Shown: positions 1-8,696 of the stretch, in pieces | Position numbering within the stretch: position 1 is the first letter of the stretch | Layout: every line of letters starts with the position of its first letter | NCBI GenBank assembly: GCA_965219995.1 | Contig: CBDCOX010000002.1 | Coordinates: 1,120,001 to 1,184,000 of the forward strand | DNA length: 64,000 nt | Direction: 5' to 3' | Origin: Candidatus Latescibacterota bacterium | GTDB taxonomy: Bacteria > Latescibacterota > UBA2968 > GCA-2709665 | Made by a program: the position numbers and the translations under genes | Notes under the pieces: generated by a model | What the model saw: only the letters and a program-made list of their open reading frames with translations | Told to the model about the DNA's origin: nothing | The model's database searches: none

Positions 1-1
1 C

Positions 2-262
2 CTGGATCCGCTCAGCACCCGGTTGGATTCTCCCATTGTGCGGGAGGCGCTGCAAGTCACCGGAAAGAGAAAACCCAGGACCGTCGCCTACGGAACCGAC
101 GGCATGGTATTCGGAAAGACGATGGAACTGGTGGTCATGGGGCCCGGCAACATACAGCAGGCACACACCGTGGATGAATGGATCGCCAGGGATCAACTGG
201 AACAGGGTCTGGACGTATTTACGAAAATGGTACATCGTTTCTGCATAGAAAACCCCGTCTGA
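2..262 (+). CDS. M20 family peptidase / acetylornithine deacetylase-like, C-terminal part (5' truncated by window)
   Basis: Frame open from window start; YGTDG and MGPGNIQQAHTVDEWI match the M20 C-terminal GPG...AH..DE metal-binding motif. Confidence 0.8.
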   Translation: MDPLSTRLDSPIVREALQVTGKRKPRTVAYGTDGMVFGKTMELVVMGPGNIQQAHTVDEWIARDQLEQGLDVFTKMVHRFCIENPV

Positions 263-384
263 CGTTATAGCGACACGTGGAAGACCGGATACGACGCCAG
301 TCGCCGGTCCATGAGGCACGCAGGTCTCGGTTTTCGCATCGAAGCGGAGGCCGTTTCTCTCGACCGAGGCGAGGAGGACATTGG

Positions 385-945
385 ATGTTCAAGAACCTGA
401 CCCGCGCTGTGCTCATCGGATTGTCAATGACCGTGACCTTCGGTTGCGCAGACGAGAATCTGTACCAGTTCGGACTGCGAGGCAAGTGGCAGCTGGAAAG
501 TCGACAGCTGCCCGACGGGACGGTACTCGCGCCGCCCTCCGTGGGCGGACACTACGAGTGGTATCCGACGGGCAAGACAACGGCACACGTAACCGCCTCA
601 ATCTCCCTCGGCCCGGACCGGATTCTGGTATCGGGATATACGTACAGCTTTCAATCGGCAGACGTGGCAGCACAATCCTTTACGCGGCGGGAATACCTGA
701 ATATAGGCGGCGGATATGGTACGTCGCCCGGGAAGACACACGAATCGTTGGAACTCTCGACGTCCGGGCAGGTCATCGCGAACGGCAGCCGCGTGACCCT
801 TGAACACGCGAGCGGTCCCTCCCAGGTTTACGAAGACATCGGCGCCGAGGGATTCGATAGGGTCTTCTTCAAGGTCAGGTTCGAGGACGGAACGACCGAC
901 ACATGGCGACGCTTCGCGGACCAGCCGGGCGTTCTGCCGAAGTAA
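385..945 (+). CDS. Putative lipoprotein of unknown function
   Basis: SD GAGGAGG at 371-377, ATG 385; signal peptide with lipobox TFG-C; followed by a terminator hairpin. Confidence 0.65.
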   Translation: MFKNLTRAVLIGLSMTVTFGCADENLYQFGLRGKWQLESRQLPDGTVLAPPSVGGHYEWYPTGKTTAHVTASISLGPDRILVSGYTYSFQSADVAAQSFTRREYLNIGGGYGTSPGKTHESLELSTSGQVIANGSRVTLEHASGPSQVYEDIGAEGFDRVFFKVRFEDGTTDTWRRFADQPGVLPK

Positions 946-973
946 TCCCGCCACATAGCCTGACGGACCGGAC

Positions 974-1018
974 GCTTCAGGGGCGCGGTGAATGTTTCCG
1001 CGCCCCTGAGGCTTTTTT
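974..1018 (+). terminator. Rho-independent terminator
   Basis: GCTTCAGGGGCGCGG / CCGCGCCCCTGAGGC stem followed by TTTTTT. Confidence 0.8.
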
Positions 1019-1029
1019 GAGACGAGGCG

Positions 1030-2574
1030 GTGATGGACAGGATGTTGCTGGGAAATATCCTGCTTAGAAACGCTCGCGACCCCGGACTGAACGGAAAGAC
1101 GGCCATCATCTTCGGCAACCGCGCGCTGACTTACGGCGAACTGAACGAGAAGAGCAATCGCGTTGCCAACGGCCTTCTGGCACGTGGCGTCCGGAAAGGC
1201 GATCGGATCGGCGTGCTGAGCAGAAACTCCGACGCTTACGTAGCCGTGTACTTCGCACTGGCCAAGCTTGGCGCCATTATGGTCCCGGTCAATTTCTGGT
1301 ATCGCAGCCGGGAAATCCGATATACGCTTCGACAGTCCGCCGCCCGCGGGCTGATCTATCAGAACCGCTTCGCGGACGTCGTCGCCGGGGTCGGGGACCT
1401 GCACGGGCTGGAATGGACGCTGACCGTCGGCGACAGTCACGGCAACCGGCTGGAGGACGTGGCGGCCGGATCCCCGTCATGCGAGCCCGGAGTCGAACTC
1501 GACGAGAACGATCCGCATATCATCCTGTACACGAGTGGCACGACGGGGTTTCCCAAGGGTGCGGTTTTCTCGCACAAGAGCCATTATCTTCAGGCCCTCT
1601 CTCTCGCCATGTCGACAGGAGGAAAAGGTGACGACGTCGGCCTCGTCGTCTACCCGCTCTTCCACACCGGCGGGCCGGACTGCCTGGTGCTTCCACACTT
1701 TCTGACAGGCGCCACCCTCGTCATCCTGGACGGCGCGGATCCCGATGCCATTCTTTCTGCCACCGCGCTGCACAGGGCAACCAACATTTTCTGCGTTCCG
1801 ACGGTCTGGCGCTGGATCCTTGCACACCAGCAGCGTCGAAAGGTCGACGTCACTTCGGTCCGTCGCTGTCTTGGGTCGTCGGATACATTCCCAAAGGCGC
1901 TGCTCGAAGAAATTATGGCCACGTTCGAATCCGACGTCTACGTTACGTACGGGCTTACCGAGGCCGGCTGCATCCTGACGGTCTGCCGCCTGACGGCAAA
2001 CGACCTCCGCAAACTCGGTTCGGTGGGCAGGCCCATGCCGTCGGTCGAACTCAACGTGCTGGATCCATCCGGCGATCCGGTACCTCCAGGGGAAGTGGGA
2101 GAGGTTGTCGCGAAGACGGCGTCTGCAATGCTCGAATACTGGAACATGCCGGCAAAAACAGCGGAGGCGCTGAAAGACGGCTGGCTGCACACGGGAGATC
2201 TGGGCAAGGTAGACGGCGACGGCTTTCTCTACCTGTCCGGCCGGTCGAAGGATATGATCATCAGCGGAGGGGAGAATATCTATCCGCTGGAAATCGAACG
2301 CCTGTTGAGAGAACACCCGAAAATACGCGATGCCGCCGTGGTTGGTATCCCCGACAGGGAATGGGGCGAGTCCGTGCTGGCGGCGGTTGTCCCGAGTGAC
2401 GGCGAAGAACTCACACCCGGCGAGGTCGCCGCGTACGTACGTGAACACCTGGCGGGATTCAAGAAACCCAGATGGGTGGAAATCCTGGGTGAACTGCCGG
2501 TAACCACGGCCACGGGGAAAGTGCGGAAAGCTGCACTGAGAGAACGGTTTCAACCGAAATACGGCAACGTGTGA
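1030..2574 (+). CDS. AMP-forming acyl-CoA synthetase (ANL superfamily)
   Basis: YTSGTTGFPKG, YGLTE, TGDLG, GRSKDMIISGGENIYP and C-terminal TGKV motifs. Confidence 0.92.
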   Translation: MMDRMLLGNILLRNARDPGLNGKTAIIFGNRALTYGELNEKSNRVANGLLARGVRKGDRIGVLSRNSDAYVAVYFALAKLGAIMVPVNFWYRSREIRYTLRQSAARGLIYQNRFADVVAGVGDLHGLEWTLTVGDSHGNRLEDVAAGSPSCEPGVELDENDPHIILYTSGTTGFPKGAVFSHKSHYLQALSLAMSTGGKGDDVGLVVYPLFHTGGPDCLVLPHFLTGATLVILDGADPDAILSATALHRATNIFCVPTVWRWILAHQQRRKVDVTSVRRCLGSSDTFPKALLEEIMATFESDVYVTYGLTEAGCILTVCRLTANDLRKLGSVGRPMPSVELNVLDPSGDPVPPGEVGEVVAKTASAMLEYWNMPAKTAEALKDGWLHTGDLGKVDGDGFLYLSGRSKDMIISGGENIYPLEIERLLREHPKIRDAAVVGIPDREWGESVLAAVVPSDGEELTPGEVAAYVREHLAGFKKPRWVEILGELPVTTATGKVRKAALRERFQPKYGNV

Positions 2575-2580
2575 GGCGTA

Positions 2581-3483
2581 TCAGCGATCCTGAGGGATCC
2601 TCGTACCACTCAGATGTTCAGCGGCTTTGCAGACCGCGGAAAAATCCAGGCTGCCCGCGCCAAGACCGCTGGCGGCAGCGTACATCTGATAAGTCGCCGC
2701 CCCGATCGGCATCGGCACGTTCAATGCCTTGCCGAGATCCACGCCGATCGCCAGGTCTTTCTTCATCAGATCCAGCATAAATCCGGGATCGAAGACATCC
2801 GACAGCAGGAAGTCCGATACACGGATCTGAAACAACGTCGAGTTGGCCGAACTCACACTGATGACCTGGCGCATCACTTCTGGGTCGGCACCAGCTCTGA
2901 TACCGAGGATCAACCCCTCGGCGATGGCCGCCATGTTGATGCCGCCGATCAGCTGATTGACGATCTTTACGGTCTGTCCCACGCCCACGGACCCTACGTG
3001 GAAGATGTTTTCCTCGTTGCCCATTGCGTTGAACAACCCCCGGCACCGATCGAAGTCCTTCGCTTCGCCACCGGCGATGATCGTCAATGTGCCGTTGATC
3101 GCTCCCGTATCTCCCCCGCTCACGGGTGCATCCATCACCGCGACGTTCTTTGGACCCGCCTTCTCCGCAATCTCCCTGATCGTGAGTGGCGAAATGGTAC
3201 TCATATCCACGATGAGGCTGCCTTCGGATGCGCCCTGCAGCACGCCTTCGTCGCCGAGGATCACTTCCCGCACTTCCGGATCCGCGGTAACGATCGTAAT
3301 CACGATGTCCGTTGCTTCGGCCACGGCCGCGGGAGACTCGACCGCACTCGCCCCCAACCCCTCCATTTCGGCAATGACTTCCGGCCGGCGCGCGTAGATT
3401 GTGAGATCGTACCCGGCCTCGATGAGATTGATCGCCATTGGTTTGCCCATGATACCCAGTCCGATAAACCCGACTTTCTCCAT
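2581..3483 (-). CDS. Beta-hydroxyacid dehydrogenase (GarR/MmsB family)
   Basis: GFIGLGIMG Rossmann motif, DAPVSGG, catalytic K in VKIVNQ, KKDL. Confidence 0.9.
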   Translation of the reverse strand: MEKVGFIGLGIMGKPMAINLIEAGYDLTIYARRPEVIAEMEGLGASAVESPAAVAEATDIVITIVTADPEVREVILGDEGVLQGASEGSLIVDMSTISPLTIREIAEKAGPKNVAVMDAPVSGGDTGAINGTLTIIAGGEAKDFDRCRGLFNAMGNEENIFHVGSVGVGQTVKIVNQLIGGINMAAIAEGLILGIRAGADPEVMRQVISVSSANSTLFQIRVSDFLLSDVFDPGFMLDLMKKDLAIGVDLGKALNVPMPIGAATYQMYAAASGLGAGSLDFSAVCKAAEHLSGTRIPQDR

Positions 3484-3590
3484 CTGGACCTCCTCTTGTT
3501 TATGTCAGTCAGGACCGCTGACCGGCGTCACTGAATTCTCCGACGAGATTCGGAAACGACGGGCCGAAGCTCGTCAGCGGCCCCTTCCGG

Positions 3591-4670
3591 TCAATCGCTT
3601 TGGACGGGACGTGTCTGCAGGACCATCAGTTGACCCACGGGGTTTTCGACAGCCCCCAGCGGCCGCTGCTTCTCCTCCGACCAGATGTCGTTTGCCGTAA
3701 TGTAGAGGTGCCCGCCCGCTATCTTGCTGTAACACATCTGGGGATATCGACCTTGCGAATCGTCGGGAAGCAGCAGGTCGAAGGTATCGCTTTCCGGCTG
3801 ATAGGCGAGGAACCGGTCCATAAAGTGGTAGGGAAACCCGTCCACACCGGTGTACGGATCGTCTTTCAGCGGAATATACGTTCCGGTCGCCTCGTCGTAT
3901 CTGAATCCTGAATCGTACGTGCTCAATGTGTTCAACTGCCACCCCCGGTAACAGACCCCGCCGCCAATAAACCCGAAATCCTCCTTCCATCCGGGCACCG
4001 CCCGCTCATACACCTCTCCCGTCTGCCGGTCCAGCCGGAACAGACGACCCTCCCTGTAATTCACGACATATCGTTCCGCCGGCTCACCGGGCCGTGAGGG
4101 CGGAATCGAATCGGAGTCTTCCGCCACGAAGCGTTGCGATTCAGGATCCCAGTAGACACGGCGCGTCAACCGTTCAGTACCCGGAACGCTGAAGACTTCC
4201 AGCCTGTCGGGCCAATCCACGTCCACAATCGATGGCAGCACGCCGGGCTCCGGGTACGGTCTTATCGCCCCACGGTCCTCCTCGACGCGCCAGATTACCA
4301 GACAAGGCCTGGACCGTTCCGGCATATACAGCAGGTTCCGCGCCTTATCCGCATGGCCGTACCAGAGATTCGCCTCGGGAAACGGCTTGTCGACCTGGTA
4401 CACGCGTTCCTCCGCAACCTCGAATACCGTCAGTTTCTCGTTCGTCTGCGGAAGCACATAGACCCTGCCGCCGGCGCACAGACACTGGCTTCCTCCATGT
4501 TCTTCGGGAATCGAAATCGTGTCGATCCGCCCGGATTCCGGCTGGTACCGGTGGAGGAAGGGCAGACTGCCCGTAAACCAGAGGGCGCCGTAGTCATCGT
4601 CGTCAATCCCGTACACCCGGGTATTCTTCGCGTCGACCCAGACGGGATACATCCTCGGCAACTCAGGCAT
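3591..4670 (-). CDS. Hypothetical protein, probable beta-propeller
   Basis: 359 aa ORF with SD GAGGAG; repeated aromatic-x-P-x-T/S-G/D blade-like segments; no family recognised. Confidence 0.6.
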   Translation of the reverse strand: MPELPRMYPVWVDAKNTRVYGIDDDDYGALWFTGSLPFLHRYQPESGRIDTISIPEEHGGSQCLCAGGRVYVLPQTNEKLTVFEVAEERVYQVDKPFPEANLWYGHADKARNLLYMPERSRPCLVIWRVEEDRGAIRPYPEPGVLPSIVDVDWPDRLEVFSVPGTERLTRRVYWDPESQRFVAEDSDSIPPSRPGEPAERYVVNYREGRLFRLDRQTGEVYERAVPGWKEDFGFIGGGVCYRGWQLNTLSTYDSGFRYDEATGTYIPLKDDPYTGVDGFPYHFMDRFLAYQPESDTFDLLLPDDSQGRYPQMCYSKIAGGHLYITANDIWSEEKQRPLGAVENPVGQLMVLQTRPVQSD

Positions 4671-4923
4671 CTCTCCTCCTCATCCAGCGGATAACGAGTA
4701 CGGCAGGACCCCGGACGCAGACCCCCGCCTGCATGGGGGACGGGAGATTCCTGAAGGCGCAACAGGCAACCCGACATTCATGGATTCGGCTTGACTTTCG
4801 TGTATTAGTAGGTACCATTGGGCCGTCTGTCAACGTGAATTTCCACGCCGCGATCATGGTGGTCCGGAGTCTGCCGACCGGGGATTCAGCGGCAACCGGT
4901 CCGGCTTTGCGCTTAACAGAATC

Positions 4924-6453
4924 ATGTCCCAACCTCCACTTCTGGCCGGAATCGACGTTGGCACCACGAACGTCAAGGCGCTTGTCTTTGACACCGCCGG
5001 CCGTGTTCAGGCCTGCGCCAGCGCTCCGACACCTACACATCACCCTCAGCCCGGCTGGGCCTACCACAAACCGGATGAATTGTGGTCGTGCGCGATACGT
5101 GCGCTTCGGAACGCTGTGTCACAACTGGACTCGGCCGACCCGATCTCCAGCATCGCCGTTTCGAGTATGGCCGAATCGGGCGTACCTCTCGACGCGGAAG
5201 ACCAACCTGCCGACGACATCATCGCCTGGTTCGACGGGCGGACGTCACGCCAGGCCGAGTGGCTGAAAAGGACCGTCGGCGGCGAGCGAATCTACGGCAT
5301 TACGGGATTGCCTGTAAAGCCCATCTTCGGTCTCTGCAAAGTACTCTGGTTTAAGGAAAACAACCCGGAGGGCTTCAGGAAAACCGTCTCGTGGCTGAAC
5401 GTTGCGGACTACATCGCGTTTCGACTGTGCGGCCATAAGGCGACCGACTATTCCCTTGCTTCGCGGATGCTTGCCTTCGACCTCAAGGCGCTGGATTGGC
5501 ATCCCGGTCTGCTGGACGAAGCAGGGATTTCTCCGGGTCTGTTTGCGCAGGCACTGCCCTCCGGCACGGCGCTGGGCCGCATCCTGCCCGAAATCGCTCG
5601 CTCGACCGGACTCCCTCCTCACGTACAGGTCGCGACCGGCGGACACGACCACATATGCGGTGCACTCGCCGCCGGCGCCACCGAACCGGATACGCTCCTC
5701 AATTCCCTGGGCACAGCGGAAGCGCTCTGTATCACGAGCCGGCACCCCTTGCTCAGCGACCGGATCGCGGAACAGGGATACACGACCGGCGCCCACGTGG
5801 CAACGGGGAGATTCTACGTCCTCGGCAGTATCTATACGTCAGGCGCGGCCGTCGAGTGGATCCGCGGCCTCGCAGGCCGAAATGTGGAATACGGTACCCT
5901 CGTTTCCGAAGCTGAATCGGTGCCGCCCGGAAGCCTGGGCGTGCACTTCCAGCCGCACCTGCGGCTGGGAAATCCTCCGCACAACGATCCCGCGTCGCGA
6001 GCCGCGTTTATCGGCCTCACCGCGGACGCCACCCGGGGGACTCTGTTTCGCGCCGTGCTCGAGGGGTTGGCCTACGAATCCAGGCTCTGCCTGGAGGCCA
6101 TCGTGTCGCATCCGGGAATCTGCAGGCCGGAACGTATTGTGGCCATCGGCGGGAACACCCGCAACCGGCTGCTCATGCAGATCAAGAGTTCGGTGTTCAA
6201 TCAGAGGATCTCGATCGCCGAGGTGGAGGAATCCGTTGCCCTGGGCGCGGCGGTTCTGGGGGGCCTCGGCGCCGGCGTTTACTCAGACGCTGACGCCGCG
6301 TTGAAGGCACTGAGATACGACCGTTGGACAGTCGACCCCGACGCTGAGCAGGCGGCGGTCTACGAGTCTGCATTTCGGTCCGTATACAGGGAGATCTTTC
6401 CCTCACTCGAGTCGCTGCACCACAGGGCAGGAGACATCCGGAATACAAACTGA
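4924..6453 (+). CDS. FGGY family carbohydrate kinase (xylulokinase-like)
   Basis: GIDVGTTNVKA, WFDGR, TDYSLASR, GGHDH, SLGT, RAVLEG, ALGAA motifs. Confidence 0.92.
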   Translation: MSQPPLLAGIDVGTTNVKALVFDTAGRVQACASAPTPTHHPQPGWAYHKPDELWSCAIRALRNAVSQLDSADPISSIAVSSMAESGVPLDAEDQPADDIIAWFDGRTSRQAEWLKRTVGGERIYGITGLPVKPIFGLCKVLWFKENNPEGFRKTVSWLNVADYIAFRLCGHKATDYSLASRMLAFDLKALDWHPGLLDEAGISPGLFAQALPSGTALGRILPEIARSTGLPPHVQVATGGHDHICGALAAGATEPDTLLNSLGTAEALCITSRHPLLSDRIAEQGYTTGAHVATGRFYVLGSIYTSGAAVEWIRGLAGRNVEYGTLVSEAESVPPGSLGVHFQPHLRLGNPPHNDPASRAAFIGLTADATRGTLFRAVLEGLAYESRLCLEAIVSHPGICRPERIVAIGGNTRNRLLMQIKSSVFNQRISIAEVEESVALGAAVLGGLGAGVYSDADAALKALRYDRWTVDPDAEQAAVYESAFRSVYREIFPSLESLHHRAGDIRNTN

Positions 6454-6641
6454 ATGGAAGGGAATCTGCCTGCGGGTCCTGCGCCCGCGGATGGGACGCG
6501 AACGACCGGCCTGCAAACCTGCGCGGCACATGACTGCGCTTACGGCGGCGTCACTTCCGGATCCGGCAAACGACCTGTCGTTCCGGTATCGACCCGGTCC
6601 AGTCAACGATCTTATTGTACAGAAATCAACCGGGAGTCCAA

Positions 6642-7628
6642 ATGCACACGATCACCTGCGCCGTCGTGGGGTACGGCGGCATCGCGGGCTTTCACACGCG
6701 GGCATTCCAGCGTATTCCGGGAGTCCGGCTTCGCACGGTCGTCGGTCGCAGACCCGGGCCCACCGAATCATTCCGGGATGCCTGGGACTTTGAGAATGCC
6801 ACGACCCGTTATGAAGACGTCCTGGCCGATTGTGAGATCGATGCGGTCGTAATCGCCTCCCCCAGCGAGCTTCACTACGAACAGACCCGGATGGCTCTGG
6901 AATCCGGCAAGAACGTCCTGGTTGAGATCCCTCTGGCGCTTTCGCACAAAGGCGCCGCCGAGATTGCCGGTCTTGCGGAAAAGTCCGGCAAGAGACTCCT
7001 GGTTGCGCATACCCGCCGTTTCAACCGGGCAGGACGGTATATTAAGGATTTCATCGCGAACGGCAAAGCAGGCCGCGTGCACCAGCACCATATTCACGAA
7101 TTTCAATTACGCCGCGAAAACGTCGGCTGGACCGGCTACAGGCGGAGTTGGACGGACGACGTCCTGTTCCACCACGGTTGCCACGTGCTCGACTACTCCC
7201 TCTGGACCATCGACGAACCCGTTCGCCGGATTCGCGGCGAGCTCAGCCCGCTCGACGCAGCAACCGGCACGTCGCTCGACGTCAGCATGCTCGTACGTTA
7301 CACCTCGGAAACCATTGCTTCGCTCAGTCTTTCCTACAACGCCCGTACGGGCGTCAACAACAATATCTATCTGTGCGACGCGGGTACCCTCGTCGTCTCG
7401 GGCAATCAGGTCGCGCTGAACGGCAAAGTCCTCTTCGATAGCGACGACACCCTCGACGACGACGTGCTGGCTCAGAACGTCGAATTCATCGAATCGATTC
7501 GCCAAGACAGGCAGCCTGAATGCGACGCGGGCCAGGCCCTGGAAGCGCTGGATCTGCTCCAGCAGATTTACGACCAGTCAATTACGATGGAAAACCCGGA
7601 CAAATACAAACGGATGTGGGAGAATTAA
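6642..7628 (+). CDS. Gfo/Idh/MocA family oxidoreductase
   Basis: VVGYGGIA, DAVVIASP, VLVEIP (EKP-like), HHGCHVLD. Confidence 0.88.
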   Translation: MHTITCAVVGYGGIAGFHTRAFQRIPGVRLRTVVGRRPGPTESFRDAWDFENATTRYEDVLADCEIDAVVIASPSELHYEQTRMALESGKNVLVEIPLALSHKGAAEIAGLAEKSGKRLLVAHTRRFNRAGRYIKDFIANGKAGRVHQHHIHEFQLRRENVGWTGYRRSWTDDVLFHHGCHVLDYSLWTIDEPVRRIRGELSPLDAATGTSLDVSMLVRYTSETIASLSLSYNARTGVNNNIYLCDAGTLVVSGNQVALNGKVLFDSDDTLDDDVLAQNVEFIESIRQDRQPECDAGQALEALDLLQQIYDQSITMENPDKYKRMWEN

Positions 7629-7984
7629 CGATCAGGGATTGCCTGCGTCGCTTCGGGTACGTATTCCGGCCTCGGCGGGGAGAATACGTCGATGACAAGA
7701 CTGTCTTCCAGTACCCGTGAACGATGGGGCTCGTTCGGCGCAAAGTGGAAGAACGTCCCCGCCTCAAACACGTAACGCGTTTCCGGTTCCCCCACGAAGA
7801 ATTCAATCCGACCCCGGATGACGTACCCCATCTGCTCCTCGGGATGCCGGTGCGCCCCGAACTCAGCTCCCGCCCTGACCTCGTACCGGGTCAACATCAG
7901 ACTCTCTCCGCTCATCGTACGGCGTACGGAAAGATCCGATATCGACTTTGGCGCTAAATCTTTATCTTGCACAACCAGAGCCAT
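7625..7984 (-). CDS. Cupin domain protein
   Basis: HRHPEEQMGYVIRG and PNEPH cupin motifs, DVFSPPR; SD AAGGAG. Confidence 0.88.
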   Translation of the reverse strand: MALVVQDKDLAPKSISDLSVRRTMSGESLMLTRYEVRAGAEFGAHRHPEEQMGYVIRGRIEFFVGEPETRYVFEAGTFFHFAPNEPHRSRVLEDSLVIDVFSPPRPEYVPEATQAIPDR

Positions 7985-8144
7985 TTATATCACTCCTTTA
8001 CATATTCAGATTAATCGAACCGGATCGAAATCTGACGGGTCGAGGCGAGGGTATTCATCGCAGAACGGACACGCAACGTCTCTTTGAAGCGACGATCGCC
8101 AACCCCCTTCGGCAGCAGGACGTGGAGAAGCGCCTCGTTCGGGT

Positions 8145-8672
8145 TTACACCACCATTTCAATCAACCCCACGCTCTTCTTATCCAGTTCGTGCAGGTCAG
8201 CGACCTCGAACCGGTTCCCGTCCACGTCCAGGATCATCATACGCTTCTCACTCAGCCACCGGGCGCTTTCGGCCACGTTTTTGGCTACGAATTCCCTCCT
8301 TCCGCGATCCGTACTGACATCCCAGTATGAGACTCCGTATTCGTTCCGTATCGCATGCACACGCTCAACCCGGGACGTCATGTAGCGGCGCGCCAGTTCC
8401 TCCCGGACGATGACCCTGGTGTCCGGCGGCAATTCCAGAATGTCATCCGCCATGCAAATCACCTCGTCCTTCGAATCCAGGAAGCAAATGTAGCGATCCG
8501 GTTCTGACAGGGGCGCCGCTCGAACGATCTTCAATGCGAGATAGGAACGATCGCCTTCGATGGTCAGTCGAAGGCGCCATGCCGGTTCCCGGAAGAGGCG
8601 GATCTTGCGTGGGTCCACGCGCTCCGGGTGCGGTACGTCAATCGGCGTTGGTTTTGACTCGCCACGTTCCAT
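8145..8672 (-). CDS. DUF1854 family protein
   Basis: RAAPLSEPDRYI, WDVSTDRG and DVDGNRF motifs; ATG 8672 after AAGGA; directly follows an ABC gene. Confidence 0.85.
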   Translation of the reverse strand: MERGESKPTPIDVPHPERVDPRKIRLFREPAWRLRLTIEGDRSYLALKIVRAAPLSEPDRYICFLDSKDEVICMADDILELPPDTRVIVREELARRYMTSRVERVHAIRNEYGVSYWDVSTDRGRREFVAKNVAESARWLSEKRMMILDVDGNRFEVADLHELDKKSVGLIEMVV

Positions 8673-8696
8673 TGATTCCTTGTTCCTGTTCAATGC

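Noticed and set aside
962-983. About 20 nt similarity GACGG(A)CCGGACGCTTCAGGG with 39434-39453, both just after stop codons
   Set aside because: Only two short GC-rich copies, and the second lacks the hairpin; chance not excluded
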